The notes under the pieces: generated by a model
Database searches by the model: none
Told to the model about the DNA's origin: nothing
The model's input: only the letters and a program-made list of their open reading frames with translations
Source of the DNA: Balanoglossus misakiensis
Lineage: Eukaryota; Animalia; Hemichordata
DNA length: 64,000 nucleotides
Assembly: GCA_040954595.2 (NCBI GenBank)
Contig: CM082580.2
Location: forward strand, 10,332,390-10,396,389
Direction of reading: 5' to 3'
Shown here: positions 23,589 to 38,500 of the stretch, piece after piece
How the letters are laid out: each line of letters begins with the position of its first letter
Position numbering within the stretch: the stretch's first letter is position 1
Program-made: the position numbers and the translations under genes

Positions 23589-26500
23589 CTGAAAGTGAAG
23601 CAAAATATATCATTTCAGAACTGGAGACATACAGGACAATGTGGAGTGATGATTGGAAATTGCAATTACACTGTAGTATTAAGTGGGACATGGAAGCTCA
23701 CCTTCCAAAGGCCTAACACCATCAGTATAAGTAGGAGGAGGCCAGCAGCCACTGACACAGCAAGCACCCACAGTGGAACTGGCAGAGTTCTTGGTTGAGG
23801 TCTCTCTGTGTTCGCAATTGTGGTAACCTGAAAAAGTATCAAGCCATGATTATTACTGAAGAACGGGATGAAATTTGACATGAATGTACATTATCATGTA
23901 GGACCATGTACATGTACCTTCCGGGCAGGATGAAGGAACTGTCATCCAAATGAAAATAAGAGAGACCCTTGCTTGTTAAAACTTAATCAATTTCTGACTC
24001 AGTATTGATCAAATTTCATGTTTATCTGCAATTTGATCTATAATTTCCAAGCACTGGTTGAAACTCTGATATAGAAGCTTATTACATATGTCAATATACA
24101 TGCACCTTCTGAGCAGGATGATATTGTGAAAGGTCATGTAATTTTAACATGATGTATATGAAAATGTAATTGTCCATTGAACAGAAAATGTGCATAAACT
24201 GTGTACTATGATATGAGCAGCTTATGTGGCACTTGAGTGACAGGTTAATGGGAACACTGCAGAGTTCCTTGCACCCTGATTTTCCTGTAGCTGGCCGAAT
24301 TTAACCACAGAAAAACAATGAAGTAAAGTGTGGATGTGAAAGATGTATATACGAAAACAATTCATCCTCACACCTGAACAGCACACTGTTATCAAGTGAA
24401 GTTGAAACAATGAGGAGTACACCATTTTCACCCTTTCCCATTGTGTTCATGGTGGCAGTAAATTGTCAGATCAGACAGACTTTTCCATGCATATTTTTTA
24501 CGGTTGGATAGAAGAGGATAAATAAGGCGACTGATTTAAAGTGTACCTGACTAAGTAGCAATGACATGTTAATGACACTCTCTCACACATTGCTTTTGTG
24601 GGTCCAGCAACTAAACTGACAGATTTACGACAACATACAGACTCTACAGATTTCAGTATAGCTCTGTCCTGTCTACTTCTAAGCCCTAATCTGAGTTTGA
24701 TTTGTTGAGTGGTAGGATAGATTTTAGTCTGAGGAAGGGCTAACTCACATTAGACAAACCCAATCTCATGCCAGTGATCATTTAAAGCGAATTAAAAAGT
24801 AAAACTCACCAGCACACTAATGACACTTTACAAGAAAGTCTGTAGACAAAAGCTACATGTATTAATGTAATTGCCGGTTTATTACAAAGTTCAAGGTCAA
24901 TTATATGTATTCTTACCTCAGATTTGGCCTTAGGATAACCATCAGGTGTTATATCATATGGTACGCTTGTAATCTGTACATGGGCATCTGACGTTATCTC
25001 TGTTTTATCATAGCCTCCCTGATAAGACCAAAACAATCTCTATTAACACACAAAAGTACTGAAGATTTCATAAAAATAGTGGTAAATGCCAGCTGACCTG
25101 TACTGGGGATGAAAGGGTCAAAGTTCAGGAGACAGGTAATGTCCTCATCCCCTTGTACACCTGTCAGATTACTAATTAGGCCATCTATCGTCACTCTGTA
25201 GAATTCATGTCATGCATTGTGCAATGAATGTCTGCCAATAGTGCATGAATACAGAATATATAAGAGTTCTGAATGAAGGTCAATAATGAAGGAAAGTTAA
25301 AAAAGTATGAAGAGCGAGTGAGCTCTTATGAATTGAAAACAAGGATATGGAAAGATTTGTAACAATCGTACATCTAAATTCCTTTGATTGTTAAAGCTCC
25401 AACTACGACAGGATGTGATATTACTTTGATCAAGTGAGAAAGTCCTTGGCATTGACATGTTGTTCCCTTGTGCCTTATCGATCACAATTGATTCAGAAAT
25501 ATAATACATAAACTCTGTCAAATTAAGTGTGCTAAATGATAAAGTTGCTTACTTTAAGTAATGTATCTTTCCAGAGTCTGGATCTGATCTGTACAAAAGT
25601 CGATTCACCGTTGTTAAGTACAAATTCGACGGGACATTTTATCCGCACGCACGTGGCTGATCTGCAGTCCTGAAGAGAGGAAGTTAATAACGCATTCAAT
25701 CAATTTTTTTCTGCTTTATGACAAGCAATTCTAATTTTTCTCCCAGTGGGTTGCTGCGAGATAAGGCACACTGACCCTGCGCTGCAAATCTGAACTGCGA
25801 AAATGCTCTAGCAGGCATTATTAAACCCTTTCATTTCAGCATTTGCGACCAATTTGGTTATAGCTGGAAGGGACGTCCATTCGCTCAAAATTAAGTCATA
25901 TTATATTGGAAAATTTTACGAAATGTTGAAGCTGTTTTCACCTATAGCAAAACTGTGTGATTCAGTTGCATTTATGGTGTACATTTAACACGCTGCTAAT
26001 TAAAATGTAGAAGCATTTGTCCGTCCAACACTGAGTCATTCCCTCATATCATTTCAAGTGATATCGCGGAGACTTTGCAGTCGTGTAAATTTTACCGATG
26101 CAAAAATTTGACAGTTTGAGTGCTTTCCTAGAGATTAGTCTCAGACGTGCAAGTCAATAAGTGTAACTTTTGAAACAATCTGAATTCAAAACATTTGTCA
26201 AACTGAATGTAGTAAGCCACTTGTTTAGTTGATAAGAGTGACCAAATGAAGCATGAAGACATGTTAATTTCATATCGACATTTTCTGTTACTATGGAGGA
26301 ATCACAATTTTATAGTTTAATTGATCCAAAGGCATATAATTTATAAGATTTAATGCCCATTGTTATAACTACTTATTTCAAGATCAACTGATCTGGAAAA
26401 GAACTGGAGACATAGCCTTGCTGGATACGAACACTCAGAACACTGTCTGAGAGTTCCCATCGTGGTAAATGTGGGAACAGTTTGAGGTATAGTGATTAGC

Positions 26501-29500
26501 CTGCAAAGTATTGCCGGATGAAGATTTATAGAAGTCATTAGTTTTGGTGAGAACACACACGGCCTTTCTAATACACTTGTTTTTAATACAAAAGCCATTG
26601 TCTGCGTTGCAAAACATGACTTGAATTAATACGTCGGTGTGTCTCCAGACACTGTTGGCTATCTGGCTATACATGTTTCTAATCTGCACTGCACAAGGTG
26701 TTGTGTCGAGGTAGTTATGGGCCGTGCGACACGATACATTTCAATGACCCCCTTTGCTACTTTTGCGGGTTCATTGTTAATTCGGTTGATGACCAAAAAC
26801 CAATTGTGATGTGTTTTTGTCATTCAAATGGTGAACCTCAGGTTAAACTGTGGTGACTCACAATGTCTAGCTCTTTAATTTCTTCAACTGCGTTTCTCCG
26901 AACCCTTCTGGCATGTTCTATCCCATCCGTCAGATTGACTTGGAACGTCAATTTTTCTTCATCGATCTGTCGTGGAGAAACCAACAAAGCAATGGTCAGA
27001 TTTCAAAAGGTTAAAATTATTTTAAAATCCCAAATTGTCTCTGATCCTGCAAAGAAATCTGATTTTCAAATAATGTGTATCATAGGAGTTAAGGACAATT
27101 CCCCAACAGATGTTGAAGTAAGACTTCTTTGTGATGTACAGGTGCGATTTGAATTTTGAAAATAGCAACAATTAGGTCAGGTGACACGCATCATCCTGTC
27201 CAACAAGTGGCAGTCACCACATATCAATCCAATACCATCTGACAAATTCCACTAGTAACTGTTAAACTAAACACTGACCTGTATTCCTTCTGGGTTCAAT
27301 GCATCTGAAATACACGGTATACCTCCTTGTAGTTGTACATCAAGCAAGTATAGGAGGTAATCACCTCGGTATGTTTTTGCTGGCCAGAAGATTTGAATAA
27401 TTGCACCATCTATAGCACTGGGGCCCAGATTGCGAAGCTGAAAGACATATGGATATATTAAATATGAAAACTGTGCATACAATGTACATAGCTGAAAATG
27501 TGTAAAAGCCTTCCATCTGCACATACCTCATAGAGCTGAATAATCTCTGGGCCAATATCGTCTTCATGGTCTATCACAAAATCTGGCCTTTTCCTGCGCT
27601 TAAACTTAACTTGCTCAGGTACAGAAACTCTGAAATGGTACAAAATACATACTGTGGATTTAGGAAATAATAGTAGTTTGCTTGATAAATTCAAATTTAG
27701 ACAGACATGTACATATCTATGCATGAATATTTATATATACACATGTATGTATGTATGACAATAACTAGCATGTATAACACATAACAGCTGACTAAACAGT
27801 GCACCTGTCTTTGATAAAAATAGAAAGCAGTTGGAGTGTTTGTCACAGCTTGACACAAATGACCTAGAAACGCAACCTTCAGAAGTGGAGGGTCAATATT
27901 GACTGCTAGGTCAAGTGCAAGTATGGTAGGTTGTGTGGCATTGCACAGGTTAACAGTCACAATGCCCTACATTAAAACAAGCACTGTGAGCATAATGTAA
28001 TAACACACCAAGATCAGTACACACAAATGTAACTCTTACCCTGTGAAACGTATGGAGGTTTTAACTCGGAGGGGTATGTCCACAAAATATTCATTGTCAA
28101 ATAAGCTCTCTTCAGATGTTTCATTGTTGGAACTGAAGTAAAACATTGAATGTGATCAATAAATGTTAATGAAGCAAAGTAAAACCCACTGTAATAAAGT
28201 CTGTGTATAATATGAAGGTGGACATTAATTCTTATGGGTGGCTGTGAGAGTTCTATTAAAAAGCAGGATTTAACTACAACTATCAAGCCAATTAATTCAC
28301 TCCCTCATAATATCAACTTCATAGTTTTATATAAATACTAGGCTTATATTTCTTCATAGTCTGTAACAGTAATATTAGTGCGCACTTCTCTGCTATAGAA
28401 ATCATCATAACTTTAGGAGAACATCACTGTTTCACTAAATTCTAAGTACATGCACAGTTATGGTCAGTGTATTCAAACTATTTATGAATTGGGTACGATG
28501 ACGTCATACAGTGAATTTCCAGGAAAAGTGTGACAATGTCACTTGTTCCTTAGGGATTAGCGAATGCATGTAAACAGATGATACTTTAGATTTAGTCTCA
28601 ACAAAAATTATACCGATAATTCACGTTTTTATAATGTCAGTTCTCTCACTAAACTTGAAATGTAATTGTGCAGTTAGTCGTCACCATCTGAAACTGCAAT
28701 TCAGCAATGACCTTATTGCACGGACAGACTGACGCCATCTATGTCCTTGACATTACTATTCTAATTGGTTGAAAGAGAAGAAACATCTTCCTTCCTACAA
28801 GAGGTGTCTGTTTTTTGTTTAACTTAAATTGAACCGGGCAATTTCAATTCAGCCACAGTTCAGTGGTTCAATGCAAATTAGGCCCAATTAGCTCGTCAGA
28901 GGTGCGGCAATATTTATGAGACAGATATCTCACGGAAGCAACATAAAAACCGGTTCTTGAGAGGGCAATTCTGACGGCCGAATAACAATGCCTGGCACCG
29001 GATCAATTATCGTCTGTCCATCAGCGTGGAAAGATACAATATACCTGCTGTTGTGGCCGGTGACGGAATGTCTGAGCCTTCAATTAAGGCAACACTTCAG
29101 ACAAGATAGAGATCAAGTTTAAATGTGCATTTCTCCATTACCCCCATGTGTCTGTATGAAAATTTAATGGACTCAAATTTTAGGGGGAAATGTGTTGTAA
29201 TGCATACGGACAGGTGTGTTCAGATGGTATTAATGTCACGATCAGTGATTTGGTGCCACAGAGGCAGACTTAGTCATTAGCCTGATGACAGCGCCCAGAG
29301 ATGTGATTAACTTCACGGTTCATGGCTGACGGTACTAATCTTTGACATGAAACAATGAAATTTGCACAGGGTGAATGTGCACAAACATTTTTAATAAAAA
29401 TTTAATATAGTCTGACTTACCTGTTAGCATACAGCTGTATCCGTAAAGCTGATAGACTTGTGTTCTGAACATTGGAAGAAAGGACCAGTCCAAAATCAAC

Positions 29501-32500
29501 CTATAATTTGAAACGGTAAAACATCAAGTTTATAAATAATGAGGATGTGTATTGAGTGGATGGAATAGTCAATTTTACGCCTTATAATTGTACGAATTCA
29601 TTCAATATGAAAAGCAGTCATCAATTAACATGACACAATGTGAGTTACCATCTTGCATGTTATTCATGAGTTACCACTGGGGTACATTTTCTTTAATATT
29701 TTTATCAGTACCACGATACTCGAGTCAAGTGCTTGACTTTGTAATGATACAAACAATCTGTCGAGGATGATACTCGAGCCATTGGCTCTAGGCTGATACT
29801 GAGTTTGGGTGACATACATAGACAGGCGGTCTCCATCATCCCATGCATGTGTAATATTTCAGCGGCGAATTGATTTCACCAAGTACAAGGAGAGGTCCCC
29901 ATCGTCCACAGCCCAGACACAATGCTTTTAATTATTCATTTCCCTTGAAGCGTGTCTGTCTGGTAAAGCACGCGTCATAATCTGAATAACACTGAAGGTT
30001 TTCTCTACAGGTACATGTATAATACTGCTACTGTATGTCTGTTTAGACAGACAAACAAGAGACCATCATAACAGTGATTTACAACTGGCACAATACTTGC
30101 TGTGGATCTGTATCAGCATCATTACCTTTGCAGTTTGTTTGATAAAGATAACAAAAGCCACCATAATTGTTCGGGAGTACCAAGATTAGAACCTACTCAC
30201 TTAAACAAACACCAGATTCCAATATCTATACTCCCCTCCCCCATAGTCTATCATGTGAGTGACATATGCACTTTGCAAGTTCAAATTATCACACTGTAGC
30301 CTAGCTCTCCAACACAAACAGCCGAGGTAGTGGTAGGGCTATGGATCTGCAGCAAACATAGTACATGAAGACAGAAATCTCTCTCTCTCTCTGATCCAAC
30401 CAGAAAAAATAGGAGCTTTGACATGGCACCCTCCCTAAATTATTAAGTAATTTCCTTAATCATAATTAAACAGATAAGTTAAAGCACATCATTATAGGTG
30501 ATGTACGCATCATTTCATTGTGATGTGATGTAATGTAATGTGATATGTTCCTGTCTGATGGCTCTGAAGAAATACATCCCATAAATCTAACCCCTGAGGC
30601 ATATTTTTGCACAGGTAAAATATAGTGACATTAATTTTGTAAAACCTGATTTCAAGGTGTCACCTTATTAATGGGGCTCATTTTTCAGTGTGGATACGCT
30701 GAACGTATTTCTATTGCCTTCTCTGTTGTCATGGATGCAGCGATCGTGCACTTCAAAATGGCGAAATAATGTTTTGTTGAAGCTGCAAATTGCATTAGTT
30801 TGTCCGAGATTGGCTGCAGTACACGGCTTTCATTGACAGCGAATTGCATTCATTTGGGGTTGGCTGTACTTGCCCAATGCCAGGCGGATATTTCATTAGC
30901 ACGTCGACCGCTGCGAATGTAAACTGATTATCTGCGGCCTGCATATTGAATGGGAAACACTGTTACACGGTTGTACTAGAATGTAAAATTTATAGTGACA
31001 TCTGTCAACGACAGATGTCATTACACTGGTTTTCACTTGTCCTCAACACGGCAAACGATTTTGCCTGAAAAACATGATCAAACATGTTACAGTATAAATT
31101 GATGGGCTGATCGATGTTGCCTGTTAAACTGAATCTCACCCCACTGAAGTTCCTACACGTAGTTGGACAAATACACACCTGTACATAAATAATGTTCTAT
31201 CCCTATTTTACAAAGAAATGGTCCATGACACGAGATTTACAGACATTGCTCAAGTTTCCCAGGAGCTGGTTATATTCTATCACGCTGTCAAATTAAGACC
31301 TTTTCCCTCGCGAAAGAAATCTTTCATATCTATCAGGATCAGAAAAAAAATATCCAGCAAAGACTGATAGTCACTCATTATCACACACGTCAGGTGTGCA
31401 CAACCGCTATGCCATACAAAACAGCCATTGTGCTGCCGGAAAGGGCTTATCAACCGCAGAGGAACTTAATATGTGAACACCGTAAAATGTAGACCATTTT
31501 CAGTCTGGTTAGGACAGGAACTGTGAATGGAAAAGTAAGGATGTGGTGTACGTGTGGCTTTAAAAATAGCTGATGCATTCGGAAAAAAAAACATTTTTAA
31601 ATAAGATTAAAAGAATTAAAAAACTCCAAATTTTACATATCAGAAAAACGTCTGCCCCTACCTGACTGGCGGTTTCAATCGGGTTACCGCAGTCACACTT
31701 GACAACTCCCGGCATATCAACCACATCCACACAGCCAACAGTGTAATCCTTGAAGATGAAGATGAGAAAGAAATTGTAAATAAGACACGACCATAATTCT
31801 TTCTTTTCTCCCACAAAGCACAGTCATCTGTTTTCATGAAGACAGTCGCTACGACAGAGTCAGAGGATTTATTGGTGTTAAAACCAGTTTTCAGCTTTTG
31901 GAGCTTTAATGGGGTTATAACTCACTGATACTATGTACGCCAAAGGCACTCAAACTGGACTTTTTACTTCGGCGCTTTTCACTCGTAATCTGAAGACGGA
32001 CCGAGACAGATAAAATTGAATTGTTGTCGGTGTTTTAGCTCGGGAATGAAGGTATCCTGAGGGTTATCCTCTGAAATCCTGATGGCTTGTGATTGGATAA
32101 ACAAATTACATTAAAGTCGGAATGTATAAGATCGCAATCTGTGATGAATTTCACTGGAGGGAAACAAGGGGTTTTACCTCGAAGAAGACAGCACCTAAAA
32201 GTTTAATGACATTATTCTGCCTCATCACCTTGACCTGCAATGAACACTGCCAAATGCTACCTCTGTTTCTGGTTGAATATGACCTAGTTTTTAGGGTCAA
32301 TGGGTGAAAGACAGTACATTCAAAATTGGTGTTCTCATATCATCAGTTATTTTTACATGCTACCTCTGTTTGAAAGTCAATTATGACTTCATTGTGCGTA
32401 TATAGTAAAGTGAGCTTCTTACCTCTTCTCGCTGATCTACTCTGACAAAATCCAAACTTTCTGGCAACCAGATGAAAACTTCTGATTCAAATGCATCGTC

Positions 32501-35500
32501 TCCTTCATTATTGACAAGCACTTTAAGAGTAGTAGTGTCTGGGCTTCCAACATAAATGGGATTGGTTCTATGAAGATAAAGACATAATTTAACTGCATGG
32601 AAGGCTTAAACACTTGAAGTAGTAATATATTACACTACAAAATGTCAAACATCAGCAGTTCAGACCTTGTTGGCAACTTCTATCACAATCCGAAGATCAG
32701 TTGTTCTACTGATAACAAATCTGATAAGAGACAGATACGTCCAAATGCTGACAAAATATTTAGGCATTGGATGTATACATTGGGTAGTCAGACCAAAATG
32801 CTAGTATGCATTAATGACCAAATGCTTTCTGTATTGAAGATAACCTGTTCCCTTTAATGACACTGCGGTTATATTGAGAAACACCAAATTACAATCCTGT
32901 GCGGGAGAGTAATTGGAGCAAATAAAACCACAAGTTTCATTCCGTTTCTTGCAATTTCATTCTGTAATTTCCCCCTGGCTAAGCAGCAGAAAGACTAAAA
33001 TAGCACTGGGAGCCTGAAGGACATGTTCTGCGAAAAACAGAAAAAGTAAACAATTCTCAGCAGTGTAAAGAGAAAGGTACACTGAACTTACATGGCCGCT
33101 GAGACAACTAAATCAGGAATGCATTTATCCCGTTCACCGCAGTTGTTCAAGATGTAAGCCTGAAACAAGACCAAATCATGGCGTTATGATCAACATCTAG
33201 TGGACTAGAAGCCTGGTGCGTGCATGTCTCTAACAGTCGTATATTATTTTGAAATTGAAACCTTGATGCGATGTGCTCAAACATAAAAAAGTAATCATCC
33301 TGCCCAAACCGTGGCAATGCGACAACTGATTTCATTTCACTACAGCTGCCAGCTAATACCAACATTTTTATAACATATTTATGATGGCAATCATTGCTTT
33401 CGCAGTAACGTTTTGATGGTTGATTTCATCTGAAAGAAATTAGCTGGGCTAACATTCCCATAACTTTCATATCCTTGGAGTCTGAAGTTACTCAGGTGAG
33501 AGTTAAATTTCTTAGACTGCGTATAACACGGTACATCAGTTACAACTACTGTGCGATCAGTGTAATCTATCAGTGTTCATTGAAAGAGCTGTGTCTAGAT
33601 GAAGGCTGACAGGGTATACCCGGTACATGTACAGCCATTCTGTCCTGGATCTATTGCATGTGGATTGGAATAAAAGTGGTTTTCAAACTAGTTTTCCCTT
33701 TAGTTATGTTCATATGGAAATTTTACATGTTGTTTGGTGTACCATGTTTAATAATTTGATAATCTAAATTCAATTCATAAAATTTGATATGTATATTTTA
33801 AAATTTTATGGTACAGTGCAAGGAGTCAGATAGAAATTTAATAATTCATATCTTCCACACAAGGATTAACAATTGTTTGTCTGCCATTTTGAATTCCAAT
33901 TGAAACTGTGAGACGTGCATTTGATCAATGAAAATTTGAGTTTAGAAAATGATGAGTTGGGGGTTTCCTGATCAGAGTCTGAAACCAGACTGTTTTTTAA
34001 AGGCATAATCGCCTTAATAATTCATCATTATGGCATTAACGTAATTAGAAACGCGAAGAAAAGGATGAGATTGAAATGTTTCCCAGAGCTGTGGTGTACA
34101 TTCTTGGAATTAGCCAGAAGACACACAGCACTGACAATGATGGAAAGCATCACACAAATACTTATCTGATAGCATCATCATGCCAAGCACGGATTAAACT
34201 TAAATGTATTTTATCACAGCGACTTTCTTTTTTCTTCATTACTGCTTTAATATCTTTATGCTGTATATATCACTAATGTGATGTGAACAAATTATGCTTT
34301 TAGGGAAGATTCCATATCAGGCTTCTTTTTTTTATCACTGTCAGCTAGCTGTAGCACAGCACAATATAACTGTAAATAGGCTTTTTTATCGAGGGTTTTT
34401 ATGGTGATGTAAAACGGCTCTGAATGTGTAAAAGCTTTCAAGGAAATCAATGCAGGATGTGCCTTCATTGATGGCATTTTTATTCTTGACAACTTTCTTG
34501 ATGGAATTTGACAATCATTTACTCGGACCCTGGTCACAATACGACATGTACTCTGCACAGAGAGGTGTCATAATTTTTCTTAATCCGTCTCAGATTCAAA
34601 ATAAGTTTTCACAAGCTCTGACTCGAACTCCATGCATTCGCAAATAATTGAAATGTATCTGCCATTATATCTGTTAGTAAAGAATTTATGGTCGTGACTC
34701 ATTCTTGAGAATCTTGGAGAAAACAACACCGTCTGGGGACATAAGACAAACGTCGGAAGATTTTTCACTTAGTGGATTATACATGAAGCTGAGGTTTGAC
34801 CTGGAAATGCCTAAAATATTGTAACGCTATCATTTACCATACTTCACTTATTAGCCCTACTGCACAGACAGGTCTTAGCCATCCTTCTTGAGTACGTCAG
34901 CAATCACTAAAGCAATGCATCAGTGTTTAATCTCAATTTTTAAAGTTATTTTGATTTATATGAGCGGAAATACTTAGGAAGAAACAGAGGAAGATTTACA
35001 AATATTGCATCCATGTTTCATGAAAATATATGAATGTTAACGTCTTTCCAGGATGTGTCTCGACTTGTGTCTCACTTATCACTTTATACAAGCACATCTG
35101 GCAACCTTCCAGGCTTGTTCCTTATAAGGTGTATTTATTGACTGTGCAGGCCCATGTAAGGGGGATGCAATGACTGTATAGTTTAATTTTCCAAAGAAGG
35201 GGTTTTCGCTGACTGCGTTGTTTACATACAGACTGAATCTGATTTTGTAGTACAGTGCAGCTCGCCACTGTCATGATTTATGATGTACATGAAATAATGA
35301 TGCAGTGCATACTATGATGTCATATGTACATCCTTGTATGTCAGTGTTCAGTTTTTAATATATGTTCTGTGATGTGATGTGAAGTGGTGTGATACATGTA
35401 TGCCGTGGAACTAGATATGTTCAGCAATTTTTGAACATTTTTGATGAATTATATTAAGTTCAACCATACCTTTGTTCGAACTACTGGAGAGATGTATGCG

Positions 35501-38500
35501 TTCAGGATTGGAGACAGTTCCCGTTTCTTTTTCTGATTTCTTTCCACAAGCTTTGTACTGATATCAATGGCAATGGCTGAATACTTGTCCTCCACGTCAG
35601 CCTACAGGATTAAAAAAATGAGAAAAAAGGTCATCTTTCAATACATTTGTGCACGCTTGTCCTTTTCATCAGCTGGCAGGATACAAAAGAACAGGGAAGA
35701 TGATTAGTTTCCAGCATATAATTTCTTGTCCTTCAAATTGCAAAGTAGCCGACAGGATATCAAAGGAAGATCCATATGTTAATATATACATGTGTTGATA
35801 AAATTCTACTGCCTTAACACTGCCAGTAAACCTGACAAATAAGTCAGCGAATTCTTTTGTATTTAGTTCACTCACTGTCATAAACATTAGGCAAAATATA
35901 ATGCATGACTACTCAATTGAACTGAAATTATATATGTTGCATGACACAAAACATTTAGATTGAATTGCTCTAATCATTATGGGGTGAATGACCTTGGTGA
36001 ATGCTGATGCGGCAGATTTATTAATGATTCAAGTTGTGACTAAGATCTTATTCTGTGGCCATCAGTGGCAAATGGTAAACACAGGCAGTCTGCTTGGAGA
36101 AAAACCTTACACTGTTCCTCAGATTATTCGTCAGTTAGTTTTTCTTTTTTCAGTCTACTCACTTGACAAGATTGACACTCCTTGAAAGAATCTACAAAAC
36201 CTCAAATTGGCAGATTCCAAATTCCTTAATTAACGTCTGTTTTACAACCCCCCTCCCATCGTTCGTAGATATACATATTGAGATCGATTTTGAAGACAGA
36301 TATAACTCAGACGATTAGAAAGACTGTAGACTTGCCCTGCATTCACCGAAAGAGATCTATACACGGCTGACTTTCTTGACCCAAGACTGATGACGTGCCC
36401 AGTCGTTTTTATTTTATCTGAGTTGTAGCCATGTGGAAGACACAGAAGCCTGTGGCGGATACAAGGATGAGCCCTGGGCGCATCTCATCAAGGCAGAGAA
36501 GCAACGGGAAGATGACAAGACAGCTTTCTCCTGTCGTCCCACTAACCTAACCCTAATTGCTCTGCAAATTGCACTGCCCCTGTTGCGAGATGAATCCACC
36601 CAAATTGCACTGGAAAATCACGCACATAGCTTTTTTAATTCGCATCCTACGGGTGATCTGCTAAAAAATACAGCCTTTTATGCTGGTTGACAGAAAATTG
36701 ACATGTTGAAAAAAATCGCAGTCTAGTACAGTATTAACACCAAATTTCAAACTGATCATTTTTAGTTAGTTACAGCCATCGGCACTTTCACAGCATGAGA
36801 AATGCCGGAAACTATTCCACTGACAAATGGCATTTTCACTTAGTAGTGCACAGTTGATTGATTATTAATATTGTTAACAGTTATATAGGGACAGTTTGTG
36901 GTCTACATGTTTGTCTTGCTTGTCCTGATGGTTTCAATCAGCAATGAGTGCTCAAGTCCGTCAACTGTACACACTTCTAGGAAACCGATTTCCAAGCATT
37001 CGAAATGACAACTGAAAGGAGGTTTCATCCTGTTTGGAATGAAGAGCTACTGCCTTACAACAGACATTTTCACCGACTGCGAAAGAATTGAGGTCGCATC
37101 TCCAGGTGTTTTTACTTTGATTTGCACGGTGTCTCGTGGGAAATCAACAAGTACGTCACCATTTTACAGTGATCGAGCAAACACACATTGGATACATGCA
37201 CACAAACACTGCCTCAATTGCTTTCACTTTGTACACCCACATGAAAGCTACTCTATATGACAAGAATTTTATTGCAAGTCAAATGTGGGTCCGTACAACA
37301 TCTTACTTTAAAATGCAGGCTACATTCTCACAAATGACACTGCCCCAGCGAAGGCATATAACAGAGGCCAACCCCTGACAACCTCTACGATTGAGTGGAC
37401 ATCAGATAAGTGGCAGATACGCAATGTTTAATTCGGATGCGCTATTTACCCAGTAATGTTGTGTCTCCAGTACAGCCAATGATTATTACACCGACATAAT
37501 GTCTGATGCCTCCCCATGAAATGACATCCACGGTGGCAGTGATGAAGCCTTATCACTGACGTCTATTTTTAAGTCCTTAATGGTACCTAAAGACATTAGT
37601 GAGTTCGATTACTTTCTCAAGGTAAAACCCACTAAATAAGCTACTTTCAGATTAACAGGTACACTGGAAATTGCTCTGATGGCATGTCAATATATTATTT
37701 TGTAGGACAATGACATCCTAACGGAGGCAAAAAAAAGGTGCATGTAGATGTACTTGGTGAATTTGACTTAGCCACAATAACTGCAATTATAAAAATTACT
37801 TTATTAATATAAACACTGAAGGTTTGTTTTGCAATTACGTCTATTTCAATCAAGGTGAACGCATTAAATTACAGTAAAATTAATGACGTTGGCAGTAGTG
37901 TGCACGTGATGGTTGAGGCAACAGGGATTATCATTTTAGTGAGAATGAACAGCTCTCACTGGAATGAGCAAGTTGGCAGACAAGTAACATGTACACTTGA
38001 CATTGAGACAGCTTTTCAACTGAATTAAGTGTTTTCTACTCCTGGCCAGGAAATGAAGATGGTCGTAGAGTGATACACAATCTGCCCAATCAATGGTTAA
38101 AACCAGTCTGCATGTGGCATATGTCAGTCATTTTAACATTAATAATTGTTATTCACTTGTTTGCTGATAGTGGAGTTCTGTTCACACATAATCTTCGTGC
38201 CAAGGAAAGGAAAGAGTATTTCTCGAATAAATCCAGATAATACTGCGAGTTGTCTACTGAGACGTTGCAGTCATGATACGCAGGTACACATGATAAAACA
38301 TTCATGATCTCCATAGACGGCAGCATATTCCAGATTGAACCCAACAGAATTGCTATCGTCAAAGAAAACAAGGTAATCATTTGTGCTTTAGTGTTTGTTG
38401 ATCTCAGGTCATCCATATGCTAATGTGTACGAGGTCAATTCTTTTGCTTTGAGTTCAATGCATTTAAAGAAAGAAGACTTGTACTATCTTCATTTTTTTC

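Noticed and set aside
36433-36690. 85-aa plus-strand ORF in the 7.2 kb intron, with a short ctaacctaaccctaa tract
   Set aside because: No domain or splice support; the telomere-like tract is too short to be meaningful.
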